A stretch of DNA of 64,000 nt from Candidatus Zhuqueibacterota bacterium (GTDB lineage Bacteria; Zhuqueibacterota; Zhuqueibacteria; Oceanimicrobiales; Oceanimicrobiaceae). The notes beneath the pieces are model-generated. The model saw only the letters and a program-made list of their open reading frames with translations, made no database searches and had not been told where the DNA came from. The translations under genes and the position numbers were made by a program. The stretch lies in contig JAJDAF010000010.1 in assembly GCA_029261995.1 (NCBI GenBank), positions 196,767-260,766 of the forward strand. Reading direction: 5' to 3'. Each line of letters begins with the position of its first letter. Position 1 is the first letter of the stretch. Of this stretch, positions 48,245 through 58,307 are shown one piece after another.

Positions 48245-49285
48245 ATGATGAGCATTTTTCGACCGGCGAGTTGGCTGCTTTCCGCGACCACCTTTGTATC
48301 GCTAGCGTTTGGCCAGCCCCAGCTTGATCTTAGCCCGCCACTAAGCGTGGATGTGGAGCCACCGCCAGGACAGACGGTGATAATCCCGTTGACGTTGACT
48401 AATACGGGCGCAGAGCAAGTCAAAGCTGTCACTTTCGATTTCACCTTTCCGACTGCTAATCTGACGTATGTCGGGCTTGACACTGTTGGCACGCTGACTG
48501 GTGGCTGGACTCAAATGTCGGGACAGGAAAACACGCCGGGCGTGGTCTCAATACTGGGTTTCGGTAGTGTTGCTGCAGCTCAGACAGGTGTCTTGGTGAA
48601 TGTAACGTTTCAGTCGAAAGACCAATCTGGTGTTGGTCTTCTGCAACTTAGCAACTTCCAGGATCACGTCGCCGGCGCCACCACCACCGACGGCACCCTC
48701 AACAGCACCGTCCCAGTCGAGCTTGCCTCGTTCTCCGCCCAAATCGCCGACCAGGCAGTTGAGCTGAGTTGGCTCACCATCAGCGAAAGCAACAACTTCG
48801 GCTTCGATGTTGAAGAAAGCGCGGACGGCGAAGCTTTTACAAAGATCGGTTTTGTGAAAGGCCACGGCACCACGCTGGCCGAGCAACGCTACCAGTTTAT
48901 CGATAGCGACGTGCGGCCCGGCGCCCACTACTACCGGTTGAGGCAAATCGATTTCGACGGCGCCTTTGAATATTCCAGCACCCTGCAAGTGAACATGGCC
49001 GCGCCGCAGACGTTTGCCCTGGCGCAGAACTACCCGAATCCATTCAATCCGGAGACGGCGATTCAGTTTGCCGTGCCTGAAGCCGCGAGCGTGCAAGTGA
49101 CGATTTACAATGCGCTCGGCCGGGCAGTTCGAACTCTGGTAAACGGCGAGTTTGCTCCCGGCACCCACAGCGTCACCTGGGACGGCCGAGACGACAATGG
49201 CCAGCAGGCCGCGAGTGGACTCTATCTTTACACTGTCAAAGCCGGCAAGTTTGTACAGACGCGTAAGATGATTATGCTTCAGTAA
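48245..49285 (+). CDS. Secreted cohesin-domain protein with VPVEL linker domain and C-terminal sorting domain
   Basis: RBS AAGGAG, signal peptide; PGQTVIIPL..FDFTFP..LTY cohesin-like domain; VPVELASF..W.T.SE.NN.GF..YYRLRQIDFDG; CTD. Confidence 0.82.
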   Translation: MMSIFRPASWLLSATTFVSLAFGQPQLDLSPPLSVDVEPPPGQTVIIPLTLTNTGAEQVKAVTFDFTFPTANLTYVGLDTVGTLTGGWTQMSGQENTPGVVSILGFGSVAAAQTGVLVNVTFQSKDQSGVGLLQLSNFQDHVAGATTTDGTLNSTVPVELASFSAQIADQAVELSWLTISESNNFGFDVEESADGEAFTKIGFVKGHGTTLAEQRYQFIDSDVRPGAHYYRLRQIDFDGAFEYSSTLQVNMAAPQTFALAQNYPNPFNPETAIQFAVPEAASVQVTIYNALGRAVRTLVNGEFAPGTHSVTWDGRDDNGQQAASGLYLYTVKAGKFVQTRKMIMLQ

Positions 49286-49296
49286 GAAACGGAAAT

Positions 49297-49376
49297 GTCA
49301 TTGCGAAGGTCACGTTTTTTGTGGCCTGAAGCAATCTCTTCGAACCTGAAAGGAGATTGCCGCGACTCGCAATGAC
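49297..49376. repeat. REP/RPE-like palindromic element
   Basis: GTCATTGCGA...GCAATCTC...GAGATTGC...TCGCAATGAC nested inverted repeats between convergent genes. Confidence 0.75.
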
Positions 49377-49552
49377 GCCTTTAGATCTAATTTTGAGAGG
49401 ATAAGCGACCAGCGAATTGATACCACACCTTTGATAGACACCACGTCGGGGCCAGGATCCCTGCCCCGGCGCGCTGGTCTGTTTTGTGTTGACAAGCCCA
49501 TCAAATCCTATATTAGTAGTAGCACATGTTATTTGGTGTTACGGACGGCTTT

Positions 49553-52500
49553 CTACCTCACCACTGCTAGTTTTCCTTTTCCGTTCTTCCCGTCGCCCTC
49601 AACATAGAAAATATAAATCCCTGACGCCATCGGAAGACCGTTCTCGTCATTGAGATCCCATTCGACACCACCGTTGCCGTCTGTCTCTTCGATGGTGCGG
49701 ATGAGCCGACCTGAAATATCGAGAATGCGAACCGTCGCTTGCGAGGTGAGACCCGCGATTGTGACGCCGGTATGACCAGCAGACGGACGGCAAGGATTTG
49801 GGTAAGCGTGCACATTATCGAGGTCGGTACTGCTGAAAATCAGCGCTGCCGTGTCGCCTTCGCCAAACCGGATGGCAATGCTATCCGCGCTACGGACATT
49901 GCGCACACGTAGAAAATACTCAATGCCAAACGGCCCAATCGGTGATTCTGGATCGATCTCCAGCAGCACCCGGTCGGGTGATTCAACAACCACAACGGCC
50001 GAGACAACGCGAACGTTGGGAGTGATTTCGTAATTGTCGATAGTGGAAGCCGATTCCGGGTCGAGAGCCAAACTGAATTGAATCTCGAGCCGGGTAGGCA
50101 AGACCAGGTTGACCGCCTCAAGGTAGGGCGACAGGGGCGCTTCCGTCACTTCGAATTCGACACCGCTTCTCGACGTATCAATGGGCGTGCCGTCCAGGTC
50201 GGCGACTCCCGCAACGCTGATCCGGTTTAAGCCCGGGAGCAGCCCCTGGGCGACGGTCAGGACAACCTCGCCATCCAACTTGTGTGAAACGGCTGACTCC
50301 ACAATTCCAGATTGGTTGACCGTGTAGCGGGTTTGATTGCGCACGGATTGGTTCATGCGCTCACTGAACTCTATCTGAATCTGATCGGGCGGCAAATAAG
50401 TCGCGCGCCGCAAAAAAGGCTTCGGTCCCGGCCGTACCCGGAGAGCGGTCGTTTGCCGGCTCTCCGTCTGCGCCGCTCCGCCGGCAACCGCTGAAACGGC
50501 ATACCAGTAGTCGATTCCAGTACTCACTGATGAATCGATGGCAGAGAATGCATCGGTTTGTGCGAAAAGGGCCAACCCATCCCGGCTCAATCCCCGGTAA
50601 ATGTTGAAGCCATCCGCGCCGCCGGCATGTTGCCAGCTCAGTTCAACCAGGGTAGAATCGAGAGGCCGCGCCCGGAAGGCGGTCGGCGTTTGCGGCCCTG
50701 CGAAGTCCGTGACAAACTCGAAGCCCGTTGCTTCCACGCCTGTGTTGAAGTAAAATTCATTGCCGCCGTTGCCGTTCCAATCTGCTACGATGGCAGTGTT
50801 GCTGCGGCTGGGTTTGGCGTGCCAGATGACCTGGTAGGATTCTGTCGCCTCGTTATAGTCCACGATATAAAAATCCGGGAAAATGCTGATGAGAATCTCG
50901 GGACGGCCGTCGTTGTCCACATCTCCCGAAGCAACGCCGCTGTCGAAATCACGCGGCGACTGGAAGCCGAAGAATGCTTGCTCCCAGACATGCGCGAAGT
51001 TATTGTCTGACTTGTTTTTGTAAATGCGAAAGCGCCAGTGGCGACTGTCAAACGCGCTCTCCAGGTTCAGACTCGGGTCGGAGTGGCAGCCGGCAACGAA
51101 TTCCTCCACGCCGTCGCCATCGTAATCACCGTGGGTGAGATAGTCCGTGGCATCCACCAGCGGCAGACGGTCTGACCAGGTGAATTCACTGCGGTTGTCG
51201 CCGCGATTCTCGTGAATAGTAATGTCGCCGTCGCCATCTCCCAGCAGAATTTCCAACTGGCCGTCGCCATCGAAATCGGCAATTTCAGAATGCGGAACTC
51301 CGGTTGTGTTGCTGCCTTGCGTAGGATTGGAGAAGGAATCGACAAGCGCGTATTTGCTCTCCGAGATGACTTCCCACAAGCCGAAGACATCATTTTGCCG
51401 CAGCACAAGCTCGCCTTGGCCGTCCTGGTCAAAATCCGCAAACCGGCTTGCCCACGGGCCGTCTGCATGCCATTTCGGCTGCGTCGGGTATTCGCCAGGC
51501 GCGGCGGCTTCGAAAATCCAGCTTTGTGAGCCGCGGCCCGTCAGGATTTCCAGCAGACCGTCACCGTCAGAATCGCCCCAGTCACGTGGGATAAAAACCT
51601 CGTCACCCGCAAATCGTTCCGTGAACGCGCCGTCTTCTAGCTCGAGGATTGTTAGCGGGCCGAAATTGAAATTGTCGTCGTATTCACTGAGCACAATTTC
51701 CGGCCGGCCGTCTCCATCGAAATCCGCGGGCCTGGCAAGCAGAAATCCGGAAGGAAATGTCAGCTCCGATTCGTCGGTCGCAATGCCGCCCAGCGGCGGC
51801 AAGTCAAGGTTGGCTGTCACCGGCGGGTCGGTGACAGCATTGAGCCCGGCGCCGTTTGCCGCCTCAATCAAGAATTCCATCTGACCCACGAAAATATCTT
51901 GCGTAAAGTGGAAGCGGTGCGTTGTTGTTCGGAATCCGAGTTTCTGTTCCGTGAAGGGGTGCGTAGACTCTTGCTTTCTGAAGAGAATGGCGGCATCGCA
52001 AACGTCGTCGGTTTCGAATTCGATCAGAAGGCTGTGGCGGTCGCCGTCCAGCATGGGCGTGTTGGTCACGCCGGTGATTTTCGGAGGTGAGCGGTCGATG
52101 AAGAACCGAATTTTATCTTCAACGTCGTTGGCACCCTGGTTTGTCGCCACCAGACGTAGGGTGTAAACGCTGTCCTGCAAAGCCGAGGTATCGAGATCGA
52201 ACAGATGCTGATTTCGCACCTGTCTGCCGGTCACTGTTTCGAGCATCTGCCAGCTTTCTGGCGTTTCACCGACCCCGATCTGCAATGAATAACCGGTAAC
52301 AAACGTGCCGCTCGCGGTTCCACGGATGGCGATCGGGCCCCTGGAGAATCCTTCATCGACCTGCGGCGAGATGAGTTCGGCCACTGAGAAGTAGGGTGAT
52401 TCCAGGCTGGCGGCAGCATCGATTCGGCCTGCGGCGAAGAAATTGTCCCAGCCCGGTGTCCCAAGGTCGGTCGAGGAAGTCGTCAGCAGTCCCTTGATAG

Positions 52501-53758
52501 ACTCGGGCGACAGTTGCGGTGTTTTCGAAAGAAGCAGGCCGGACAGTGCGGCAACGAACGGCGCTGAGGCAGATGTGCCACTGAAGCCGCCGTATTGGCC
52601 GTCACGTTTTGTCGTCAGGATGTTGACGCCTGGCGCTACCAGATCCACGGATGAACCGTAATTCGAGAAGCCTGCCAATCTGTCTTCCGAATTGGTTGCG
52701 CCCACGGAAATGGTTTCCGCGAAACCGGAGGGAAAATGAATCAAATCGGTTGCCGAATTGCCGGCCGACGCCACCAGAACGACTCCCCGGCTGTAGGCGT
52801 ATTTCATGACATCGCGCAGCAGGGGCGAGGCCACCGTGTCGCCGAAGCTCATGTTGATGATGCGGGCGCCGTTTTCCACGGCATAGACAATCGCCGATGC
52901 GACGTCGTCCTCTTCGAGAAATCCTAGCGCCGTGCCTGCGCGCAAGGCCATCACGCGGCAACCGTAGGCAAGCCCGGCAATCCCGCTACCGTTGTCGCCC
53001 GTCGCACCGATGATGCCGGCGACCGAAGTGCCGTGGCCATTCTCATCAAAGGGGTCGTTGTCCGGCGTTTCGAAATCACCGCCATCCGGGAAGCTTGGGG
53101 CGTCTGTGAAATCCCAGCCGCGAATGTCATCGATGAAGCCATTGCGGTCGTCATCGATGCCATTGATATCCGTGGAGTCCGCGCGGCCGTTGCCATCCAG
53201 GTCTTCGCCAGGATTGATCCAAACTGCATCTCGCAGATCGACATGGTCGTAGTCGATTCCCGTGTCAATCACACCAATAACGACATCGGGCGACCCCAGT
53301 TGCACCTCCCAGGCCTGCTCAGCACGCACGACCTGTAGGTTGATCTGCTCCGTGAACAGGGAATCATTTGGGACCCGCCGCAGCTTGAAGACGTGATTTA
53401 GCTGCGCATATTCCACTTCCGGCCGGTTGCGATAGGCCTGGAGGATTTCATCAAGATTCTGTTCAGGTGGGAAGTTGAGTTTGAATAGGTTGCTGAGGGA
53501 TGTTGCGCCGGGCGTTTGTGCAATGTTGGCGAGTTCGCACAGCGGAACAGCTTTCTGGAGGTTGAGTCTCTGATTGATGGTTGCGAGTGAATTCAGTCGG
53601 CCCGGGATTGCCGAGCCGTTCCAAGCTGCCGCCGACAGTGACTCGCCTTTGAGCTTGATTAGAATGGCGCCAGGCGTGTGTGTCGGCGTTTTGGAAAAGG
53701 TCACCCGCGCGAGTGTGAGCAGTGCGAGTAGAGCTAGCCGGGTTTTTGCTGTTGACAA
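49553..53758 (-). CDS. Secreted S8 subtilase with FG-GAP repeats, FN3/Ig domains and C-terminal sorting domain
   Basis: Triad IDTG / HGTSVAG / GTSASAP; DFDGDG repeats; AYPNP...WD...SGIY. Confidence 0.92.
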   Translation of the reverse strand: MSTAKTRLALLALLTLARVTFSKTPTHTPGAILIKLKGESLSAAAWNGSAIPGRLNSLATINQRLNLQKAVPLCELANIAQTPGATSLSNLFKLNFPPEQNLDEILQAYRNRPEVEYAQLNHVFKLRRVPNDSLFTEQINLQVVRAEQAWEVQLGSPDVVIGVIDTGIDYDHVDLRDAVWINPGEDLDGNGRADSTDINGIDDDRNGFIDDIRGWDFTDAPSFPDGGDFETPDNDPFDENGHGTSVAGIIGATGDNGSGIAGLAYGCRVMALRAGTALGFLEEDDVASAIVYAVENGARIINMSFGDTVASPLLRDVMKYAYSRGVVLVASAGNSATDLIHFPSGFAETISVGATNSEDRLAGFSNYGSSVDLVAPGVNILTTKRDGQYGGFSGTSASAPFVAALSGLLLSKTPQLSPESIKGLLTTSSTDLGTPGWDNFFAAGRIDAAASLESPYFSVAELISPQVDEGFSRGPIAIRGTASGTFVTGYSLQIGVGETPESWQMLETVTGRQVRNQHLFDLDTSALQDSVYTLRLVATNQGANDVEDKIRFFIDRSPPKITGVTNTPMLDGDRHSLLIEFETDDVCDAAILFRKQESTHPFTEQKLGFRTTTHRFHFTQDIFVGQMEFLIEAANGAGLNAVTDPPVTANLDLPPLGGIATDESELTFPSGFLLARPADFDGDGRPEIVLSEYDDNFNFGPLTILELEDGAFTERFAGDEVFIPRDWGDSDGDGLLEILTGRGSQSWIFEAAAPGEYPTQPKWHADGPWASRFADFDQDGQGELVLRQNDVFGLWEVISESKYALVDSFSNPTQGSNTTGVPHSEIADFDGDGQLEILLGDGDGDITIHENRGDNRSEFTWSDRLPLVDATDYLTHGDYDGDGVEEFVAGCHSDPSLNLESAFDSRHWRFRIYKNKSDNNFAHVWEQAFFGFQSPRDFDSGVASGDVDNDGRPEILISIFPDFYIVDYNEATESYQVIWHAKPSRSNTAIVADWNGNGGNEFYFNTGVEATGFEFVTDFAGPQTPTAFRARPLDSTLVELSWQHAGGADGFNIYRGLSRDGLALFAQTDAFSAIDSSVSTGIDYWYAVSAVAGGAAQTESRQTTALRVRPGPKPFLRRATYLPPDQIQIEFSERMNQSVRNQTRYTVNQSGIVESAVSHKLDGEVVLTVAQGLLPGLNRISVAGVADLDGTPIDTSRSGVEFEVTEAPLSPYLEAVNLVLPTRLEIQFSLALDPESASTIDNYEITPNVRVVSAVVVVESPDRVLLEIDPESPIGPFGIEYFLRVRNVRSADSIAIRFGEGDTAALIFSSTDLDNVHAYPNPCRPSAGHTGVTIAGLTSQATVRILDISGRLIRTIEETDGNGGVEWDLNDENGLPMASGIYIFYVEGDGKNGKGKLAVVR

Positions 53759-53780
53759 TTGTGAGTTACTCCGTGGTCGG

Positions 53781-54710
53781 CTAAGGCAGAACCTCTTGCT
53801 TGCGCAAGTGCTGGTCGATCATCAGGGCCGCGACGTTTCCTGTGCCCATAGCAACGGCCACTTGCTGAGACATGGGCCGCAAATCACCTGCAATCCAGAC
53901 ACCGGGCACATTGGTGTCGCCGCGCTGTGATTTGGGTTGCGCATGGTTGCCTGTGGCTGCCATCTCGACACCCAGTTTTTGTGCCAAATCCGTTCTGCCA
54001 ATGGCCTGGCTGGATACAAAGAAGGCCTCCGCCTGCAAATGGGTACCGTTTTCGAGCTGCACAGCCGAAAGCACTCCCTTTTTGCCGACGAGTTCCATGA
54101 TCTTGCCTGCATGAACCGCAATGCCTTTTTCCTGCAACTGACCGGCGCGAGTTTCGGACAAATCAGTATCACCAGTCAATAGAACCCGGAGTTTGCTGGC
54201 ATAACGGCTTAGTCCGATAGCCATTCCGGCAGCCCAATTGGCTGGTCCGGCTCCGATGACAAGGGTGTCTTTGCCGGTAATTTCGGGTGCCTCGCAATCC
54301 GGGCAATAATACATATTGCCCTTGCCGGCATAGGCAAAACAGGGCTTGTGGTCACCATCGACGGTGGGGTGGTAGCGAGCAACGCCGGTAGCCAGCAAGA
54401 TGGTTTTGCTTTGGTACTCTTGGTCGTCTGTGCTGGTGACGACAAAGTCGCCTTCGTTACCAGAGGCGGCGGTCACATTGTCTTTGACGATTTCCGCGCC
54501 CATTTCTTCGGCCTGATTGCGCAGACGTTTCTGCAGTTCTGTGCCACGTACGCCCGGCATGCCGGGCACGTTGTACAATTTTTCCAGGGTGAAGAACAGC
54601 GGGCCTGTCCTGCGGTCGATGACCAATACCTTGCGATCATGCCAGGCCAGATGGATGGCGGCTGAGAGTCCGGCTGGGCCTCCCCCAATGATGATCGTGT
54701 CATACAGCAT
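53781..54710 (-). CDS. Thioredoxin-reductase-like FAD/NAD(P) oxidoreductase
   Basis: IIGGGPAGLSAA, LATG, CPDC, TNVPGVWIAGD. Confidence 0.9.
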   Translation of the reverse strand: MLYDTIIIGGGPAGLSAAIHLAWHDRKVLVIDRRTGPLFFTLEKLYNVPGMPGVRGTELQKRLRNQAEEMGAEIVKDNVTAASGNEGDFVVTSTDDQEYQSKTILLATGVARYHPTVDGDHKPCFAYAGKGNMYYCPDCEAPEITGKDTLVIGAGPANWAAGMAIGLSRYASKLRVLLTGDTDLSETRAGQLQEKGIAVHAGKIMELVGKKGVLSAVQLENGTHLQAEAFFVSSQAIGRTDLAQKLGVEMAATGNHAQPKSQRGDTNVPGVWIAGDLRPMSQQVAVAMGTGNVAALMIDQHLRKQEVLP

Positions 54711-54893
54711 GAGTATCTCTCCTCGTTTGGTTGAGAAAGTAAGCCGGGATTGCGACTTTGTCAACCAAAAGAAAATCGTTTTTTCGGACAATTTGCCCGC
54801 ACTTCGTCTCTTATGTCAGTAAAAGACCAATATCACATTCCTGGGCTTTGTTAGAAGGTCATCTTCGAGTATTACAACTTAGAGCAGACATCA

Positions 54894-55295
54894 GTGAAGA
54901 AGTCCGTCATCGCTACAAATGGCATTGCAATGGCCGGCGAGATTTCCGTCATACGGGTAAAGGGGTATCTTGACGTCGTTACGTCTGAGGAACTCGACGC
55001 CGCCATTGAAGAACTTGTCGCAGCCAGGCGCTACAACATAATCGTCGATTTGAATGACGTCGATTACATCAGCAGCATGGGTTGGGGGCTTTTTCTCAGC
55101 CGGATTAACGATCTGCGCGTTCGCGGTGGAGACCTCAAGCTGGCGCGCCTACAGATGAACGTTTACGAGGTGTTCAAAGTACTCGAATTTGAGTGGTTTC
55201 TTAACACTTATGCAACGCTTGAGGCAGCCGCTCTGGCATTCAGACACAATGGAAACGGTGTCAACCATTCGCATCAGTCCTCGCAACCGGCTTAA
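54894..55295 (+). CDS. STAS anti-sigma factor antagonist
   Basis: GYLD, IIVDL..VDYISSMGWG, GGDLKL. Confidence 0.88.
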   Translation: MKKSVIATNGIAMAGEISVIRVKGYLDVVTSEELDAAIEELVAARRYNIIVDLNDVDYISSMGWGLFLSRINDLRVRGGDLKLARLQMNVYEVFKVLEFEWFLNTYATLEAAALAFRHNGNGVNHSHQSSQPA

Positions 55296-55647
55296 ACTGA
55301 CTTGAGCTGTTTCAAATTGGGTCAGTTGTTCGAAAACTAGTGTCCTACATTCGAACAAACGCTCGTCACTCCTGTCCTTGTTCGATTTGTCTAATGTTAT
55401 AATAAACAATTACGTAGCTTACTAAATAGACAGTCGTTTTATTTTGGCCCGGTGATTGCAAAACGGAAATTCGATTTTGAAAATTTCGTTTTTGCAGAGT
55501 CAGTCGCACAGCATAGCACCCACATCTCACCAAGTCTCGATACCCTGACTCCGTACAATTGGACGACTTCTTGCTTGAGAGATTCGTTGTGGCGTTGGTC
55601 TCTTACGTAGCAGAATTTGATGGTAACATTTGAACAGTGAGGAGACA

Positions 55648-56304
55648 ATGAAGTCAGTACTCATTCCTTTTGTGGTCGGGCTTTTTTCGCTGAATTTTCT
55701 AGTACTGAGAAATGATGTAATGGTGCAACGGATTGCAGAGGTTGAAAGCACGATAAGCCACTTGCATGAAGTGCAGGGGATTGACCAGCAGCGCCAGAGG
55801 CTGCACCTGAAAATCGACAGAATTATTTCTAGGTTCAACCCCGAGATGCCACAGAACATGAGAACTCAGGTCGCGGATGTCATCTATGAGATGAGCGTCA
55901 AGTACCCAAATCTTGACATGGATCTCATCTGCGCCACTATTACGCATGAAAGCGGCCGTTCCTGGAATCCCAAGGTGCTGTCGAGCGCCGGCGCCATGGG
56001 CTTGATGCAAATCATGCCAAGCACTGGGAAATGGTTGGCGCGCTTTGACGATATCGAATGGACTTCCGCTGAGGAGATCCTGCACAACCCGGTATACAAC
56101 ATCCGAATGGGCACACGTTATCTTTCAACTTTGATTGAGTTGTACGGTTTGGAGGGCGGTCTGGCAGCATATAATGGTGGTGGCACAATAGCGAAACGCT
56201 GGCTGGCGAGCGGAAAAGCAGAGGGTGTGTTGTGGGATGAGACGCGGAGTTACATTCCGTTTGTGCTCAAACTGTACAAAGAGTTTCGTGAAATGATGAT
56301 ATAA
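55648..56304 (+). CDS. Lytic transglycosylase (SLT domain) with N-terminal anchor
   Basis: HES, GAMGLMQIMPST, NI..GT.YL, AAYNGG, ETRSY. Confidence 0.92.
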   Translation: MKSVLIPFVVGLFSLNFLVLRNDVMVQRIAEVESTISHLHEVQGIDQQRQRLHLKIDRIISRFNPEMPQNMRTQVADVIYEMSVKYPNLDMDLICATITHESGRSWNPKVLSSAGAMGLMQIMPSTGKWLARFDDIEWTSAEEILHNPVYNIRMGTRYLSTLIELYGLEGGLAAYNGGGTIAKRWLASGKAEGVLWDETRSYIPFVLKLYKEFREMMI

Positions 56305-56392
56305 TCTCTTGGCCCTCCTTCACTTCAGGATTGGGCGCCGTTCGGTCGGGGCTGGTGTTTTGCCCTCCGCATGGCGTCCGTTCTGTAGCTTG

Positions 56393-57304
56393 TCATCCCC
56401 CAATTTTTTTTCGTTTCAACAGATACTCGATCAGAGCGCGGTCGAAGGTGGATTCGGTGGTGAGTGAGATCAGATCGATCTGGTGCTCTCGGCAAAATTT
56501 CTTGTAGGCCTCATTAAACTTCGTTACCTGGCCACGATAGTCGCTGCGGATGTGCCAGGGTTGCGTGTTTATTTCTTCGCCAGATTCCAGGTCGCGGAAG
56601 ATTGCGTCCTGGGTGAAGTCAAACGAAATCTCATAGGGATCAAGAATTTGGAAGACGATGACCTCGTTGTTCTGATAGCGAAAATGCTTCAGTCCTGACA
56701 TGACTTTTTCGGGCTCGTCGAGCAAGTCAGAGAAAAGCACCACAAGTCCACGACGCTGAATTCGGTCGGCCATCTGGTGCAGCGCGGAGGCGATGTCGGT
56801 TCTGGCGCTATGGGTAGTGCGGTCAAGTTCGAGCAGGATTTCATTGAGATAGGTGGTTACCGATTTCGGTGGAAGAAAGCGCCGAATTTGCTCGTCGAAT
56901 GTCACCAGGCCCACGGCGTCCCGCTGCCGCATCATTAAATAGGCGAGGGCTGCGGACAGGTAGGATGCGTATTGCAGCTTGCTCAGGCCATGCGATGAGT
57001 ATCCCATGGAGGCCGAAGCATCGAGCAGAATATAGGATTTGAGGTTGGTTTCTTCTTCAAACTGCTTGACGTAGAAGCGGTTAGTCTTGCCGTAAACCTT
57101 CCAGTCAACGTGCTTGATGTCGTCTCCGGGCATGTACTGGCGATGTTCCGCGAATTCAACGCTGAAGCCGTGATAGGGACTCTTGTGCAGGCCGGTCATG
57201 AAGCCTTCAACCACGAGGCGTGCACGCAGATCCATGGATGCCAGTTTGGAAACGACGTCAGGGTTCAGATACTTATGATAGTCAACACCACGCTGTTGAG
57301 CCAT
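56393..57304 (-). CDS. DUF58 (vWA-like) protein
   Basis: G.HKSP..GFSVEFAEHRQY.PGDD..VDWK, LDASASM. Confidence 0.93.
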   Translation of the reverse strand: MAQQRGVDYHKYLNPDVVSKLASMDLRARLVVEGFMTGLHKSPYHGFSVEFAEHRQYMPGDDIKHVDWKVYGKTNRFYVKQFEEETNLKSYILLDASASMGYSSHGLSKLQYASYLSAALAYLMMRQRDAVGLVTFDEQIRRFLPPKSVTTYLNEILLELDRTTHSARTDIASALHQMADRIQRRGLVVLFSDLLDEPEKVMSGLKHFRYQNNEVIVFQILDPYEISFDFTQDAIFRDLESGEEINTQPWHIRSDYRGQVTKFNEAYKKFCREHQIDLISLTTESTFDRALIEYLLKRKKIGG

Positions 57305-57308
57305 GCTA

Positions 57309-58307
57309 CTATCCCAGGTCCATCAGTCGATTCACGATATCATCCGTGCCAATGCCTTCTGCGTCAGCGTTGAAGTTTGTCACCAGCCGATGCCGCAGCA
57401 CAGGCTTTGCTATGGCTTTTACATCGTCGATTTCCGGTGTGGGGCGTCCCTGCAGAATCGCACGCGTTTTAGCCGCTAGAATCAGATATTGCGACGCTCG
57501 AGGCCCGGCGCCCCAGCGCACCCACTCCCGGATGAATGCTGGACTGTCTTCGTATTTTGGACGGGTCTTGCGAACAAGGTCCACTGCGTAATCAATGACC
57601 TGGTCGGCCACCGGCACACGGCGGACGAGATTCTGAAGCTTCAAAATCTCGTCGGCGTCAAGCACTGGTTTCACTTCCGCCTGATAGGCGCTGGTCGTTG
57701 CTTTTACAATCTGCGCTTCTTCTTCGCGAGAGGGGTAGTCTACCCACAGGTTGAACATGAACCTGTCGAGCTGTGCTTCCGGCAGCGGATAGGTGCCCTC
57801 TTGTTCGATTGGGTTTTGAGTGGCGAGCACAAAGAAAGGTTCTTCGAGATGGTAGGTTGTGCCGGCCGCCGTGACCTCGTGTTCCTGCATCGCCTGCAGC
57901 AGGGCTGCCTGGGTTTTGGGCGGCGTCCGGTTGATTTCATCGGCCAGGACAATGTTGGCGAAAACTGGACCTTTTATGAACTTGAAGGCTTTGTGTCCGG
58001 TGGTGGCGTCGTCCTCGATGATCTCGGTTCCTGTAATATCAGAAGGCATGAGATCGGGAGTGAACTGGATGCGGTTGAACTCTAGGTTGAGTACCTGGGC
58101 CAGCGTGTTTATCAACAGGGTCTTGGCCAATCCCGGCACGCCGACCAGCAAACAGTGGCCCTTGGCCAGCATCGAGATCAGCAGTTCTTCAATAATCTTA
58201 TCCTGCCCGATAATAATTTTGCCTATCTCGGACGTGATTTCTTTGTTGGCTTGTTCGAGTTGTTCAACTATTTCAATGTCACTGCTTTTCGCCTCAGCGG
58301 CTGCCAT
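57309..58307 (-). CDS. moxR: MoxR AAA+ ATPase
   Basis: GVPGLAKT, RIQFTPDLMPSD, DEINR, ATQNPIEQEGTYPLPEAQLDRF; RBS GGAGG before ATG 58307. Confidence 0.95.
   Translation of the reverse strand: MAAAEAKSSDIEIVEQLEQANKEITSEIGKIIIGQDKIIEELLISMLAKGHCLLVGVPGLAKTLLINTLAQVLNLEFNRIQFTPDLMPSDITGTEIIEDDATTGHKAFKFIKGPVFANIVLADEINRTPPKTQAALLQAMQEHEVTAAGTTYHLEEPFFVLATQNPIEQEGTYPLPEAQLDRFMFNLWVDYPSREEEAQIVKATTSAYQAEVKPVLDADEILKLQNLVRRVPVADQVIDYAVDLVRKTRPKYEDSPAFIREWVRWGAGPRASQYLILAAKTRAILQGRPTPEIDDVKAIAKPVLRHRLVTNFNADAEGIGTDDIVNRLMDLG

Noticed and set aside
56393..58307. MoxR-DUF58 pair lacking adjacent vWA/Bat genes
   Set aside because: Split MoxR operons are common; nothing unusual in the sequences
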